DNA from: a virus
Length of the DNA: 42,384 bases
Reading direction: 5' to 3' (one strand)
Virus record (IMG/VR): IMGVR_UViG_3300038318_000271
Span: 1 to 42,384 of that record
The notes beneath the pieces were generated by a model. It had not been told where the DNA came from. It ran no database searches and saw only the letters and a list, made by a program, of their open reading frames with translations. Positions 7,644-16,236 of the stretch are shown here, in pieces. The position numbers and the translations under genes are program-made. Positions within the stretch are counted from its first letter, which is position 1, and each line of letters begins with the position of its first letter.

Positions 7644-7762
7644 GTCTGAGCTCGACGTGGGTGCAATTGTTCCGATTGGAATTCGTCGGACTGTTATTCG
7701 CATTCCGGTAGCCGGGTCCTGCATTCAGCGCATTGTTCCAATTGCCCCCTGCATGCAGGATA
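7644..7762 (-). repeat. DGR template repeat (TR)
   Basis: 115-119 nt aligned to the VR. On the coding strand it is rich in AAC/AAT codons (GGNWNNALNAGPGYRNANNSPTNSNRNNC). It sits 145 nt upstream of the RT start. Confidence 0.93.
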
Positions 7763-7822
7763 CCCGGGGAGCCCCCACGTTTACGCGCACGAACCAATCT
7801 CATTGTACGTTCTTCTCCTCCT

Positions 7823-8044
7823 TCAAGTTAACGTGAAGTAGCGGTTGATTTTCTTGATCGTTGCGAGGAACGGTAGGTGTTCCTGGTATCGCTCCAACTG
7901 CTCGGTAAGGACCTGAGATCCCGTAAAGATCACATGTTTCTCGTCATCTATCTCAAATTGGATGGTGGTGTACAGTCCGTCTTCCTTGAACTGGCTTTTC
8001 TGGCCGGCTCTGAATGCAGTGATCAGGATCTCCTTGTTGAGCAC
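7823..8044 (-). CDS. DGR accessory-position ORF (73 aa, not Avd-like)
   Basis: Sits between the target gene and TR, where avd normally lies. Low G+C. Short and apparently beta-rich rather than a ~120-aa basic helical bundle. Confidence 0.55.
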   Translation of the reverse strand: MLNKEILITAFRAGQKSQFKEDGLYTTIQFEIDDEKHVIFTGSQVLTEQLERYQEHLPFLATIKKINRYFTLT

Positions 8045-8105
8045 ATCCTCAACTCCCCACTTTTTACCGTCAAGAGCAGGTTTCTCATTTGAGAACTCTG
8101 AAAAT

Positions 8106-9662
8106 TTAGGATGCGTGGGGCAATCCCTCCTCTAATTGGCGGAGCTCGACGCGGGCGCAACTGCCCCGAGAGGAACTCGTCGGACCGTTATACGCATCCC
8201 GGTAGCCGGGCCCCGCAACCAGCGCACCGTACCAACCGCCCCCCGCACGCAGGATATTTCCGTTCGCCGTAACGGCGTACAACTGATCTGTGAGATACGT
8301 GTCCGAACTTCCGCTTGTCGCGGACGGTATGAACGCAAGCCCCGCAAGATCGTCGTGGAGCAATCCTGAGATATACCCGGTTGTCGTCGCCATCCCAGTG
8401 CCTGCCTCGTAGGACCCGTCGGCCAGCGTGCCTGCCAGAGTGCCGAGACCGTCCCTGCGGATCAGGCGGAAAGACCCATCAAGGTCGACGTTTGTCCCGA
8501 TGATGAATTTCCAGGTGTTCCCGTAAGGGTTTTCGATCCCTCGCCAGCAGACCGGGGTCTGCCCGTTGACTTCATCCCCAGTGCCGGTGCCGTTCTCGGC
8601 GAGCCTGGAGTCGATGTTGTCTGCCCCGGTCAGTTTCCCGGCGAAGTTCTCGCCGGTCGGCAGATCGACGATCCCCTTGCCGAGTGCGGTCTGGATGTCG
8701 AACGTACCGTACTCAATATACATCAGGAGTTGGTCCGCACAGTAGCCCCAGAACGATTCGCAGCCGGCGTTGCCGGGCGAGATTCGGGAGGCGTAGAGTT
8801 CGGCATCGTCGATGTGGAATCTGCCACTGTTAGGCAGATCCGAATAGGCTACCCCCCCGGTGATAGGGATTTTTCCGGAGGCGGAACCGAGCCGGAACTC
8901 CCCGTTGTAGATGAGCCCGTACGACTCGTAGGCGCCGCCGTACATGTATGGGGCCGGGACCCCGCCGCCCCGCATGTAGAAGTACGGGTGCAGCGAGAAC
9001 CCTGCAGCCGGCCGGGCAGAGACCCACCGGCGGGCAAGGTCAGTGCCGTCGTCGAACTCGTGTTTGGCGTAATAGGCTGGTTTCCGGACGAGCACGTCGC
9101 CGGCGGTACCGTCGAGGGTCAGGCCGTCACCCCGGGCGTTTGCACCGAACGAGATCTGTGCGGTCGCCCGGTCCCTGACGCAGCGCCACCGGCCGCCGAA
9201 GACCAGATGCCGGTCGAAGAAGTCGGGCGAGATCGCTTCGATCTCGTGCCCGAGCGCGTCGATCCGGGTCAGGGTCGGTGACGAGGACATGGTATCCCAT
9301 TCGATCCCGATGATCGGGGAGTTTTTCGCCGAGATGACGTCGATCTGCGCCTGAGCACTCACGGCCCGCTGCTGCAACGAATTCATATCGTACGCTGCAA
9401 TCCCGCGGAACACATACGTCCCGGCGGGCCAGGTCGCGGTGGGAGTGCCGGGGAGTTTGACGACTCCGATCAGGTTGTTCCCGTCCTTCGCGGCGTACCG
9501 AAACTCCCCGGAGACGGCTCCCGAGAGACAGGCGATGTTTGGGGCGTCGGGGGTTTTCGCCGCGTCGACAACAGTCATCGTGGCAGCACCAGTCGTGTAT
9601 GGTGCTGCAAGAGTGGTGTAGGGGGACCCTACCTGCGCAGGATAGAGGTCAGGTAATCCCAT
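8106..9662 (-). CDS. DGR target protein: tail fibre/receptor-binding protein with a C-terminal C-type-lectin/FGE-like variable domain
   Basis: 518 aa. Contains CWRGIENPYGNTWKF and a C-terminal GGGWYGALVAGPGYRDAYNGPTSSSRGSCARVEL that carries the VR. Located just after Dit. Confidence 0.9.
   Translation of the reverse strand: MGLPDLYPAQVGSPYTTLAAPYTTGAATMTVVDAAKTPDAPNIACLSGAVSGEFRYAAKDGNNLIGVVKLPGTPTATWPAGTYVFRGIAAYDMNSLQQRAVSAQAQIDVISAKNSPIIGIEWDTMSSSPTLTRIDALGHEIEAISPDFFDRHLVFGGRWRCVRDRATAQISFGANARGDGLTLDGTAGDVLVRKPAYYAKHEFDDGTDLARRWVSARPAAGFSLHPYFYMRGGGVPAPYMYGGAYESYGLIYNGEFRLGSASGKIPITGGVAYSDLPNSGRFHIDDAELYASRISPGNAGCESFWGYCADQLLMYIEYGTFDIQTALGKGIVDLPTGENFAGKLTGADNIDSRLAENGTGTGDEVNGQTPVCWRGIENPYGNTWKFIIGTNVDLDGSFRLIRRDGLGTLAGTLADGSYEAGTGMATTTGYISGLLHDDLAGLAFIPSATSGSSDTYLTDQLYAVTANGNILRAGGGWYGALVAGPGYRDAYNGPTSSSRGSCARVELRQLEEGLPHAS
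8138..8256 (-). repeat. DGR variable repeat (VR)
   Basis: Hand alignment to the TR gives 22 mismatches in 115 nt, every one at a TR adenine on the coding strand (T on the plus strand). No indels. Confidence 0.93.
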
Positions 9663-10010
9663 CTACGCCACCGCCGGGAGGGTGATAGTCAGCACCACGG
9701 CGCCGGCATCGGCCGCCAGGACCAGGAGGAGGGGTTCGACACTCTCTGCAGCAGAGAGTGGGTCTCCCCCGCTCACGGCCTCGTAGAGCCGGACCTGCTC
9801 GATCTGGCAGGGCAGGGTGACGTCCGCCCCCGTAACCGGTAGCGAGAACGTCATCGGCGTGACGCCGGCAGCCGACGTGCGGTGCGATGCCAGAGCATAC
9901 CTGGCACAGGCGGCCGATCCGTCGCCCGTCTGAAGTTCAGCATACCATTCGATCACGGGCGTGCGCTCGCGGAGCGCCTCATACCCGTCTGCGTTGAGAT
10001 TGACTGTCAT
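9663..10010 (-). CDS. Hypothetical tail/baseplate protein
   Basis: 115-aa ORF packed between Dit and the DGR target. Confidence 0.6.
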   Translation of the reverse strand: MTVNLNADGYEALRERTPVIEWYAELQTGDGSAACARYALASHRTSAAGVTPMTFSLPVTGADVTLPCQIEQVRLYEAVSGGDPLSAAESVEPLLLVLAADAGAVVLTITLPAVA

Positions 10011-10012
10011 GG

Positions 10013-10891
10013 TTAGACTCCTGTATAGCGGGATGCATACTCGATCGAGACCACGACGCTCCCGCTCGGCGTCGAAAAGGTCACGATGTTCTCACCCGGC
10101 TGCAACTGCCAGAACGTCGAGTCTGACGACAGGTACTGCATGGCGTTGGTCTGGGTGCCGTTCGCGGCCTGCAGCCGGCAGAGCAGGTTGCCGTAGGCGG
10201 TGTCGATGAGGATCGTCTGTCCCTCCAGGACATCCAGCGTCAGGGCGATCTGCTCCCCTGTCGTCAGGTTCTCCACGACCGGGTTCAGGCAGGGGCCGGG
10301 GATCTCAATCCGGATCGGGGCGGCGATATCGCCCTCGTTGACGACGATCATCGTCGATCCCATCGCCGCGAACGAGGCCGGGAATGAGGCCGGGAACGCG
10401 AGCCCGCCGGTCAGCCCGGCGAGCGGCAGCGTGGTCGCGGCAGCGTCGAACCAGCACGGGTCCGGCGCCTGCAGGTCCACCACGACTTCCTGCCAGACCC
10501 GGCCCTGTGCCTGCCGGCCGGGAGTGAACGAGGGCGAGCCGGAGAGGGCCACGCACCGGAGCGCATACTGCGTCCCGTCTTCCTGCGTCCAGACAAGGGT
10601 GCCGGGGGCGTAGCGAGGGTTGAAGGCCGCGGCGATCCGCCGGCGCTTCTGCTCGACTCCTGCCCGGTCCGGTGCGAGGAGGAGGAACCGGACCATCAGC
10701 GTGCGGGGCGAGAGCCGGACGGTCTGCAGAGTCGTGCCGTCCTGGTAGGCTCCCCGCCGGGTCTGGATCTCGTTGTCGGTGCCGCCGAACCCGTCGCTAG
10801 AGAGGTAGTGGAACATCGGCTCGGGGGCGGCCTGTGACGGGTCTGCGATCACCAGCGTGTCGCCGTTCGCGGCGAACCAGGTCAGGTGCAT
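10013..10891 (-). CDS. Distal tail protein (Dit, Sipho_tail family)
   Basis: Lies immediately downstream of the tape measure gene with a 1-nt overlap. Size and N-terminal sequence are typical of siphovirus tail component proteins. Confidence 0.75.
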   Translation of the reverse strand: MHLTWFAANGDTLVIADPSQAAPEPMFHYLSSDGFGGTDNEIQTRRGAYQDGTTLQTVRLSPRTLMVRFLLLAPDRAGVEQKRRRIAAAFNPRYAPGTLVWTQEDGTQYALRCVALSGSPSFTPGRQAQGRVWQEVVVDLQAPDPCWFDAAATTLPLAGLTGGLAFPASFPASFAAMGSTMIVVNEGDIAAPIRIEIPGPCLNPVVENLTTGEQIALTLDVLEGQTILIDTAYGNLLCRLQAANGTQTNAMQYLSSDSTFWQLQPGENIVTFSTPSGSVVVSIEYASRYTGV

Positions 10892-13668
10892 CAGAGCACC
10901 ACCTGTGTCCCGATGTTCCGGAGGGTGCGTTTCGTCGTGTTCATCATTGTCGAGGCGTCGGCGGCCGGGGAGTTGACCACGAGATCACCCTGGATTACGA
11001 CCCCGGGCGAGCCCCATCCGGGCGGCCGGTGCAGCGAGGTTGCCAGGTCGCCGGAGACTTCATCCGGCACGGCCGGGCCGGCCTCTGCGGCTGCGGTCGT
11101 TCCTGCACCCCCGGCCACACTGGCAGCGGACTCGGTCGCGACCCCAAACGCCGGCGAGGCGTAGGACGGCGTCTGGATGTCGAGTTTGGGGATCTGCGGC
11201 AGACCGCCGATCGGGTTGCCTCCCTCGTCGTACTCGACGTGGTAGGTTCGGGCGATGGCTGGGTTGTCGTTTACATACTTGACGTATTCCGCCCAGTTTG
11301 CAGACTTGACGTCCAGCGCCTCGTTTTCTATCTGGCTCATCAGGTTCTCGTGGGCGATCTGCGCCTCCTCCCGCTTCTCCAGCGCAACGTCGAGTTTCTC
11401 CTGCTCGTCTTCGAGCATCTGGCTGATCTCGTCAAGCCGCGCCTGGGCGCTGGAGACACTCTCGCCGTTCAACTCAGTCTCGATATCGATCCGCTCCTGC
11501 TGCGCGGTGCTTGCTGCATCGAGTGCATCTTGATACCGATCCTGCGCGTCGGCTACATCGAGCACCGCCTCCCGCTCCCGGAGGAGGAGGTCTTCGAGTT
11601 CCCGCTTTGCGTCGGCGTCGCCGCCCGCCGCCTCCGCCCGCTTCTGCTTGATCTCTTCCCGGAGGTCGACAAGGTCGCGTTCTGCCCGGATACGCCGGAT
11701 ATCGGCCCGCTCGACCTCACGATTAGCATCCTCGATCTCGTCGTCGATACCGAGCGCCCGGTCGATCGTTTCCTTGAGTGCGTCGTACTCTTTCTGGAGC
11801 CCGGTGACTTTCCTCTGGTGCGCCGTGACGGCCTTCGACGCCTGATCGTATGCGGTTTTTGCCCCGCTTGCGAGTCGTCGATTGGCGGTCTCGGCCTCCC
11901 GCACCGCTTGGGCTGTCCGATTCTCGGCGAGCTCCAGATCGAGCGCAGAAAGTCGGGCGTCCTTCTGCGCCTGGTTTAGGTCCCCAAGGGCAAGTGTGCC
12001 ATCCTCCATTGCGTCGGTCGTGCCGCGAAATTCCTTGGTGAGGTCGCCGGCGGCGAGCTTATGCCATCCGGTGGCCTCGGCCGATCGCCGGGTGGATAAC
12101 GTCTGCCGGTCCGTGGCCGGGGTATACTGCGACCGGAGGAGGTCGATCTGCCTTCTGATCTCCTGCTCCCGCTCCTTAAGTACCCCGACCTCATCCTCGA
12201 TCTCCTCGGTCGTCTTGCCGGTAAGATCCATCGTCTCCCGAAGCACGGTGTTATACTCCTCTTGGGCTTCGGTGGCGTCCCCCGTGGACGCGATCAGCGG
12301 GAGGAGCACGGCCCCGAGGGTGGTAACCCCAATAATGGCCAGTCCTAGTGGGTTGGCCATGATGGCGCCCGTAAAGCCCTTGGTTGCGATCGTGGCGGCG
12401 ATGGTCGATGCCTGATAGGTGCGGTAAAGCGTGATCGTTGACCCTAGGGAGCCGGCGAGTGTACCTACCGCCCAGATCGCCGGCCCGGTCGCGGCGGCGA
12501 AAAGTCCAGTGGTGACGATCACTCGCTGCGTCCCCTCGTCGAGGTTCGAGAGCCAGTTGGCAAGGCTTGTCGCGCCATCGATCGCGGGCATGATGGCCTC
12601 AGCGATGAGGTCGCCGAACGTGATGTTGAGGGTCTCAACGGCGCCCTCCAGTTCGCGGAGGGATCCGCCGACGCCGCCCTCCATCGTCTCGGCCATCCGC
12701 AACGCGGCGCCGTCGCAGTCTTCGAGGGCGGCGGTATATTTCTCAATACCGTCACCGCCCGCTCGGATCAGGGCGAGCATCGCCGGCCCGGCCCGGTCGC
12801 CGAAGAGCGTCATGGCGTCACCGGTGGAGAGACCTGCAGCGCCGAGTGTATCGATGATCTCGGCGAGGCTGTGTACCTGCGGGTCGACGTCGGCCGCGGT
12901 TAGGCCGTAGGCTGCGAGAGTGTCTGTCGCCTGTTTTGTCGGCGCGAGGAGTGATGATAGCGCCCCTCTGAGCGCCGTGCCGGCCATCGTGCCCTGAATG
13001 CCGGAGTTGCTCATCACCTGGATAGCAGCGGTCGTCTCCTCGATCGAGAGCCCGGCAGACGACGCGACCGGCCCGACATAGGCCATCGCGTGCCCGAGCT
13101 GCTCGACGGAGGTGTTCGACGAGGACGCTGCCTGTGCGAGCACGTCTGAGACATGGGCGAGGTCGCTCACCTCCAGGTTAAACCCGGAGAGGACGTTGGT
13201 GGAGATGTCGGCTGCGACCCCCAACTCCATCGCCCCGGCAGACGCGAGGCTGAGCATCTGCGGCGTGGCCTCAAGGATCTCGTTCGTCGAGAGCCCGGCC
13301 ATACCGAGATACTGCATGGCGGCGGCGGACTCGGACGCGGACCAGGCGGTTGAAGCGCCGAGGTCGATCGCCTGCTGTCGGAGTCGGTCGAACTGGTCCC
13401 CGGTAGCCCCCGTGACGGCGGAGACCTTCCGCATGGAGTCGTCGAAGTCGGCGGCAGTCTTGATCATCAGCCCTCCGGCAAGAGCGAGCGGAGCGGTCAC
13501 CTTCAGCGAGAGGTCGGAGCCGACGCTCGTCAGGGATTTGCCGATGCTCTTGAGGTCACCCTCAAACCCTTCGGTCTGCTTCTTCGCTTCCTCGTAGGCT
13601 CGCGTCAGCCCGGCGATGTCGCCGACGATCTCGACGACGAGTTTTCCCGCGACGGTCTCACCGGCCAT
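10891..13668 (-). CDS. Tail tape measure protein
   Basis: 925 aa. The N-terminal third has the TP901-type TMP core (VSAVTGATGDQFDRLRQQAIDLGASTAWSASESAAAMQYLGMAGL). Central transmembrane-like and coiled-coil regions. Confidence 0.92.
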   Translation of the reverse strand: MAGETVAGKLVVEIVGDIAGLTRAYEEAKKQTEGFEGDLKSIGKSLTSVGSDLSLKVTAPLALAGGLMIKTAADFDDSMRKVSAVTGATGDQFDRLRQQAIDLGASTAWSASESAAAMQYLGMAGLSTNEILEATPQMLSLASAGAMELGVAADISTNVLSGFNLEVSDLAHVSDVLAQAASSSNTSVEQLGHAMAYVGPVASSAGLSIEETTAAIQVMSNSGIQGTMAGTALRGALSSLLAPTKQATDTLAAYGLTAADVDPQVHSLAEIIDTLGAAGLSTGDAMTLFGDRAGPAMLALIRAGGDGIEKYTAALEDCDGAALRMAETMEGGVGGSLRELEGAVETLNITFGDLIAEAIMPAIDGATSLANWLSNLDEGTQRVIVTTGLFAAATGPAIWAVGTLAGSLGSTITLYRTYQASTIAATIATKGFTGAIMANPLGLAIIGVTTLGAVLLPLIASTGDATEAQEEYNTVLRETMDLTGKTTEEIEDEVGVLKEREQEIRRQIDLLRSQYTPATDRQTLSTRRSAEATGWHKLAAGDLTKEFRGTTDAMEDGTLALGDLNQAQKDARLSALDLELAENRTAQAVREAETANRRLASGAKTAYDQASKAVTAHQRKVTGLQKEYDALKETIDRALGIDDEIEDANREVERADIRRIRAERDLVDLREEIKQKRAEAAGGDADAKRELEDLLLREREAVLDVADAQDRYQDALDAASTAQQERIDIETELNGESVSSAQARLDEISQMLEDEQEKLDVALEKREEAQIAHENLMSQIENEALDVKSANWAEYVKYVNDNPAIARTYHVEYDEGGNPIGGLPQIPKLDIQTPSYASPAFGVATESAASVAGGAGTTAAAEAGPAVPDEVSGDLATSLHRPPGWGSPGVVIQGDLVVNSPAADASTMMNTTKRTLRNIGTQVVL

Positions 13669-13912
13669 CTATCTCCCTCCTGATCCTGGACCCATACCGC
13701 TGCTCGATCCGCTCGACGTCGGGTCCATCCCCCTCCTGCGGGGGCGGGCTCGTATGGGTCTCGGGCACCACAGCTCCTGTCAGCTCCCTCGCATATGCGT
13801 CGAACATGATCACCTGCGGCCACGATAGGCGATCGAGGCAGTAATCCGGCGTCCACCCGTAGACTCGGCACAGGTGGGCGACGATCCGACCTGCCTCGAT
13901 TACGGGTTTTTT
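13658..13912 (-). CDS. gpT-like -1 frameshift extension of the tail assembly chaperone (G-T fusion)
   Basis: Hand translation of the -1 frame from the slippery site is open to the TGA at 13660..13658: KKPVIEAGRIVAHLCRVYGWTPDYCLDRLSWPQVIMFDAYARELTG...REIDGR. It has no start codon of its own. Confidence 0.65.
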   Translation of the reverse strand, partial: KKPVIEAGRIVAHLCRVYGWTPDYCLDRLSWPQVIMFDAYARELTGAVVPETHTSPPPQEGDGPDVERIEQRYGSRIRREIDGR

Positions 13913-14268
13913 GCACCCCCCTCCTGTTTAGGGGTCTGCCGGTTCCCGCCCTCCCAGTGTCGATATGCCTGCATCTGGACGACTGCGGTCAATCCCGCGA
14001 GCTGCGGCCGGGTGAGTTTGATCTCCAGCCACTCGGCGGTGATCCGAGGGTTGGCCTGCTTGCAGATGGCCGCGATCGCAGGGATCATCTCGTCATCGGG
14101 GATCTTGTCCCATCCGCCGTGTTCCTGCGTCGCCTGTGTCAGGAGCAGCGTCGCCCGGGCTGGCACGACGGTGAGATCAATCTCCTCGATCTCGTCACCG
14201 TTGCCGATCCGGACGATCACCCGCTTCGGCGAGAGGGTGGAGAGATCAATGACCTCTACCATGCTCAC
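13900..14268 (-). CDS. Tail assembly chaperone (gpG-like)
   Basis: 122 aa, positioned between the major tail protein and the tape measure. ATGA-coupled upstream. Confidence 0.75.
   Translation of the reverse strand: MSMVEVIDLSTLSPKRVIVRIGNGDEIEEIDLTVVPARATLLLTQATQEHGGWDKIPDDEMIPAIAAICKQANPRITAEWLEIKLTRPQLAGLTAVVQMQAYRHWEGGNRQTPKQEGGAKNP
13906..13912 (-). promoter_or_regulatory. Programmed -1 ribosomal frameshift slippery heptamer A AAA AAC
   Basis: Minus strand reads GCA AAA AAC CCG TAA at the end of the chaperone ORF, which fits X XXY YYZ. Confidence 0.6.
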
Positions 14269-14828
14269 GCCGCCGGGGTCTTCGGGGCCTGCATATCGAC
14301 GATCTCGAAGAGCTGTTCGCCCTCCGTCTTCGCGAGGTCCTGCACGCCGGTGAACTCCAGAGGGATTGCAGCGGGGGCGAGGTCCGCGTCCGGGCTGAAC
14401 GCTTGTTCGAGCCCCTTCGTCACCTGCGCCTTATAGACCGTCACCTGATAGGTCTTCCCGCCCGCATTGGTGTTCGTCAGCCGCACGGAGATATACCCGA
14501 GGTCCGTTTTCCCACCGGTTTTGAACGTGTCCGTCCCGGCGGCACTCTCGATCGTATCGAGTGACCCCCGGAGTGCGGCGAGCCCCGTCAGCGTCGGTTC
14601 TATCCACTCGCAGGTGACGACGACGGTTTGGTCCTTGACCTTGCGGATCGGCGGGGTGTTGTCGGGCGCGATGGTCGCGATCTCGATCTGTTCTGCGAGC
14701 TTCACATTGCGCGCCGCCCCAATCTCCACGTACACTGGTGTGGTCTCGTCGTACGGCGCTACCTCTATCTTGCACGATCCGAGCCGGATCGCGTCCTCGT
14801 TTATGATTTCCGTCTGGAATTTTGCCAT
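14265..14828 (-). CDS. Major tail protein
   Basis: 187 aa. Conserved position directly upstream of the G/GT chaperones. Confidence 0.75.
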   Translation of the reverse strand: MAKFQTEIINEDAIRLGSCKIEVAPYDETTPVYVEIGAARNVKLAEQIEIATIAPDNTPPIRKVKDQTVVVTCEWIEPTLTGLAALRGSLDTIESAAGTDTFKTGGKTDLGYISVRLTNTNAGGKTYQVTVYKAQVTKGLEQAFSPDADLAPAAIPLEFTGVQDLAKTEGEQLFEIVDMQAPKTPAA

Positions 14829-14830
14829 GT

Positions 14831-15211
14831 TTATACCTCCAGGTAAGTTACGCTGAGATCGACAGGGATCCAGTAGATCCCGGTCGTCTCATCGTGGTCG
14901 TCATGCTGTCCGAGATAGCGGACCTGTTCGATTCGTGCACCGTCCCGGACGCCTCGGTAGCCGTGCAGGGCGCACCGCACCGCGTCGGCGAGGTCGGCGA
15001 CGGCGCGCCACGATTCCGCCATGCAGGTGTACTGCATCCGTGCCTGCACGAGCCCAGTCAGGCTATCCTGCGGGCGGCTGATCATCTGGTAGATAATCGC
15101 CGGGACCGTCGGCTCTCGCGGGAGGTGCATCTGGTAGGCGCGGGCTCCGATCAGCGCAGCGACGTCAGGATCGGCGACAAGGATAGATCGGAGGACAGAC
15201 TCAATCTGCAC
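14831..15211 (-). CDS. Tail completion/terminator protein (DUF3168-like)
   Basis: N-terminus LRSILVADPDVAALIGARAYQMHLPREPTVPAIIY matches the DUF3168 pattern (from memory). Synteny supports it. Confidence 0.6.
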   Translation of the reverse strand: MQIESVLRSILVADPDVAALIGARAYQMHLPREPTVPAIIYQMISRPQDSLTGLVQARMQYTCMAESWRAVADLADAVRCALHGYRGVRDGARIEQVRYLGQHDDHDETTGIYWIPVDLSVTYLEV

Positions 15212-15638
15212 GAGCCGCCCTCCTCGCTACAATGTCCGCGACCGCGCCCCGGAACTCTTCCACAGCGGCACCTTTGTTCTCGTCGAGCGCTGGCCGGATG
15301 TGCGGTCGGGCGGCCTGGTTGTAAAACCGTCCGAGCACGTCGCGGCCGACGAACCCATACTCGAGCCGGGGACCCTGTGGCTGATCGTTCCCGACGATGA
15401 CCGTGCACCGCTCAGGGGTTTTCTCGACGGTTTCCAGGTGCCACCCGCGGCGGTAGGTGCCGGTCTTGTAGGGGGTGCGGCCGCCCTCCGGCTCGGTGAT
15501 CCGCACCTGGTTGAGTACCAGGAGCGCCGCCGCCCGGGTGGCTGCTTCGAGCGCCGGCCCCCGGATGTCGTCGGCCAGGGAGGCGAAGGCCTTCGCGAGG
15601 TCCTTGCCCCCCTTGAGGGTGATCCCCGGGCTGCTCAT
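15201..15638 (-). CDS. HK97 gp10-family neck/tail component
   Basis: Sequence pattern ...TGTYRRGWH...RLEYGF...ARPHIRPALDE is typical of the HK97 gp10 family. Synteny supports it. Confidence 0.65.
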   Translation of the reverse strand: MSSPGITLKGGKDLAKAFASLADDIRGPALEAATRAAALLVLNQVRITEPEGGRTPYKTGTYRRGWHLETVEKTPERCTVIVGNDQPQGPRLEYGFVGRDVLGRFYNQAARPHIRPALDENKGAAVEEFRGAVADIVARRAARAD

Positions 15639-15868
15639 CGGAGCCAGCCTCCGGAAGCAAGCGCGGTGAAGAACGCGACGACCGCAGAGATGGCCACGGC
15701 GATCACGCCGTCCCGCCCGGTCTGCTTATCCTGCCGCGCCTTGATCTCGGCGATGCGTTCATCCTGCGCCTGGTTAGCTTCCTTGATCTCCTTGAGCGTG
15801 TCTTTGATCCACCGGACGTCCTGCCGAGTCTCGTAGATCATCGCCTGGAGAGCGGTATCGTCGGTCAC
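15635..15868 (-). CDS. Small coiled-coil protein with a C-terminal transmembrane helix
   Basis: 77 aa, C-terminal VIAVAISAVVAFFTALASGGW. ATGA-coupled on both sides inside the connector gene set. Confidence 0.55.
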   Translation of the reverse strand: MTDDTALQAMIYETRQDVRWIKDTLKEIKEANQAQDERIAEIKARQDKQTGRDGVIAVAISAVVAFFTALASGGWLR

Positions 15869-16236
15869 CGCACCACCTCGCAGGAGAGTGTGGTCATCGT
15901 GCCGAGGATCGACTCTACGAGCAGGATGTTGTAGGTCACGCCATCGGCAATCGCCCGGTCGCTCTCCTTGATATCAGGATAATGACCCTGCAGGGCGATC
16001 GAAAAGTTGGCGACGACGTAGGTCTGATCCTTGCGCTTGATCTCCCGGCCCGCGCTCCCGTTCCTACTGGCAGCTGAGGCCACGTTGCACGGCACATCGA
16101 CGTGCCGGTCCTTCCAGACCTCCGTTACCTGCCCGTCATCGTCCACACCCTCCGTCAGGTATTGCACCTGACAGAGGCTCGGGAAATGGCTCTGTAATGC
16201 CCCCATGAGCCGGGGGTCGACGAAGGCCGGCCTCAT
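15865..16236 (-). CDS. Head closure / head-tail joining protein
   Basis: Start refined to the ATG at 16236 (ATGA overlap with the upstream stop). Typical size and position. Confidence 0.6.
   Translation of the reverse strand: MRPAFVDPRLMGALQSHFPSLCQVQYLTEGVDDDGQVTEVWKDRHVDVPCNVASAASRNGSAGREIKRKDQTYVVANFSIALQGHYPDIKESDRAIADGVTYNILLVESILGTMTTLSCEVVR

Noticed and set aside
7422-7803. ORFs 7495..7803 and 7422..7724 across the template repeat
   Set aside because: They are simply translations of the non-coding DGR TR and spacer. The Asn-rich peptide mirrors the VR-encoded peptide, and the TR is expected to act as RNA.
10834-13597. Several long plus-strand ORFs (10834..11979, 11882..12415, 12431..12910, 13112..13597)
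   Set aside because: They are antisense to the tape measure gene. Their composition is Arg/Ser/Pro-biased and they have no coupling or RBS context.
13605-13916. 103-aa ORF overlapping the chaperone/tape-measure junction, considered as a possible gpT
   Set aside because: It is in the +1 frame relative to gpG and is Arg-rich junk that runs into the tape measure gene. The -1 frame reached via A AAA AAC gives a protein-like sequence ending at the tape measure start.
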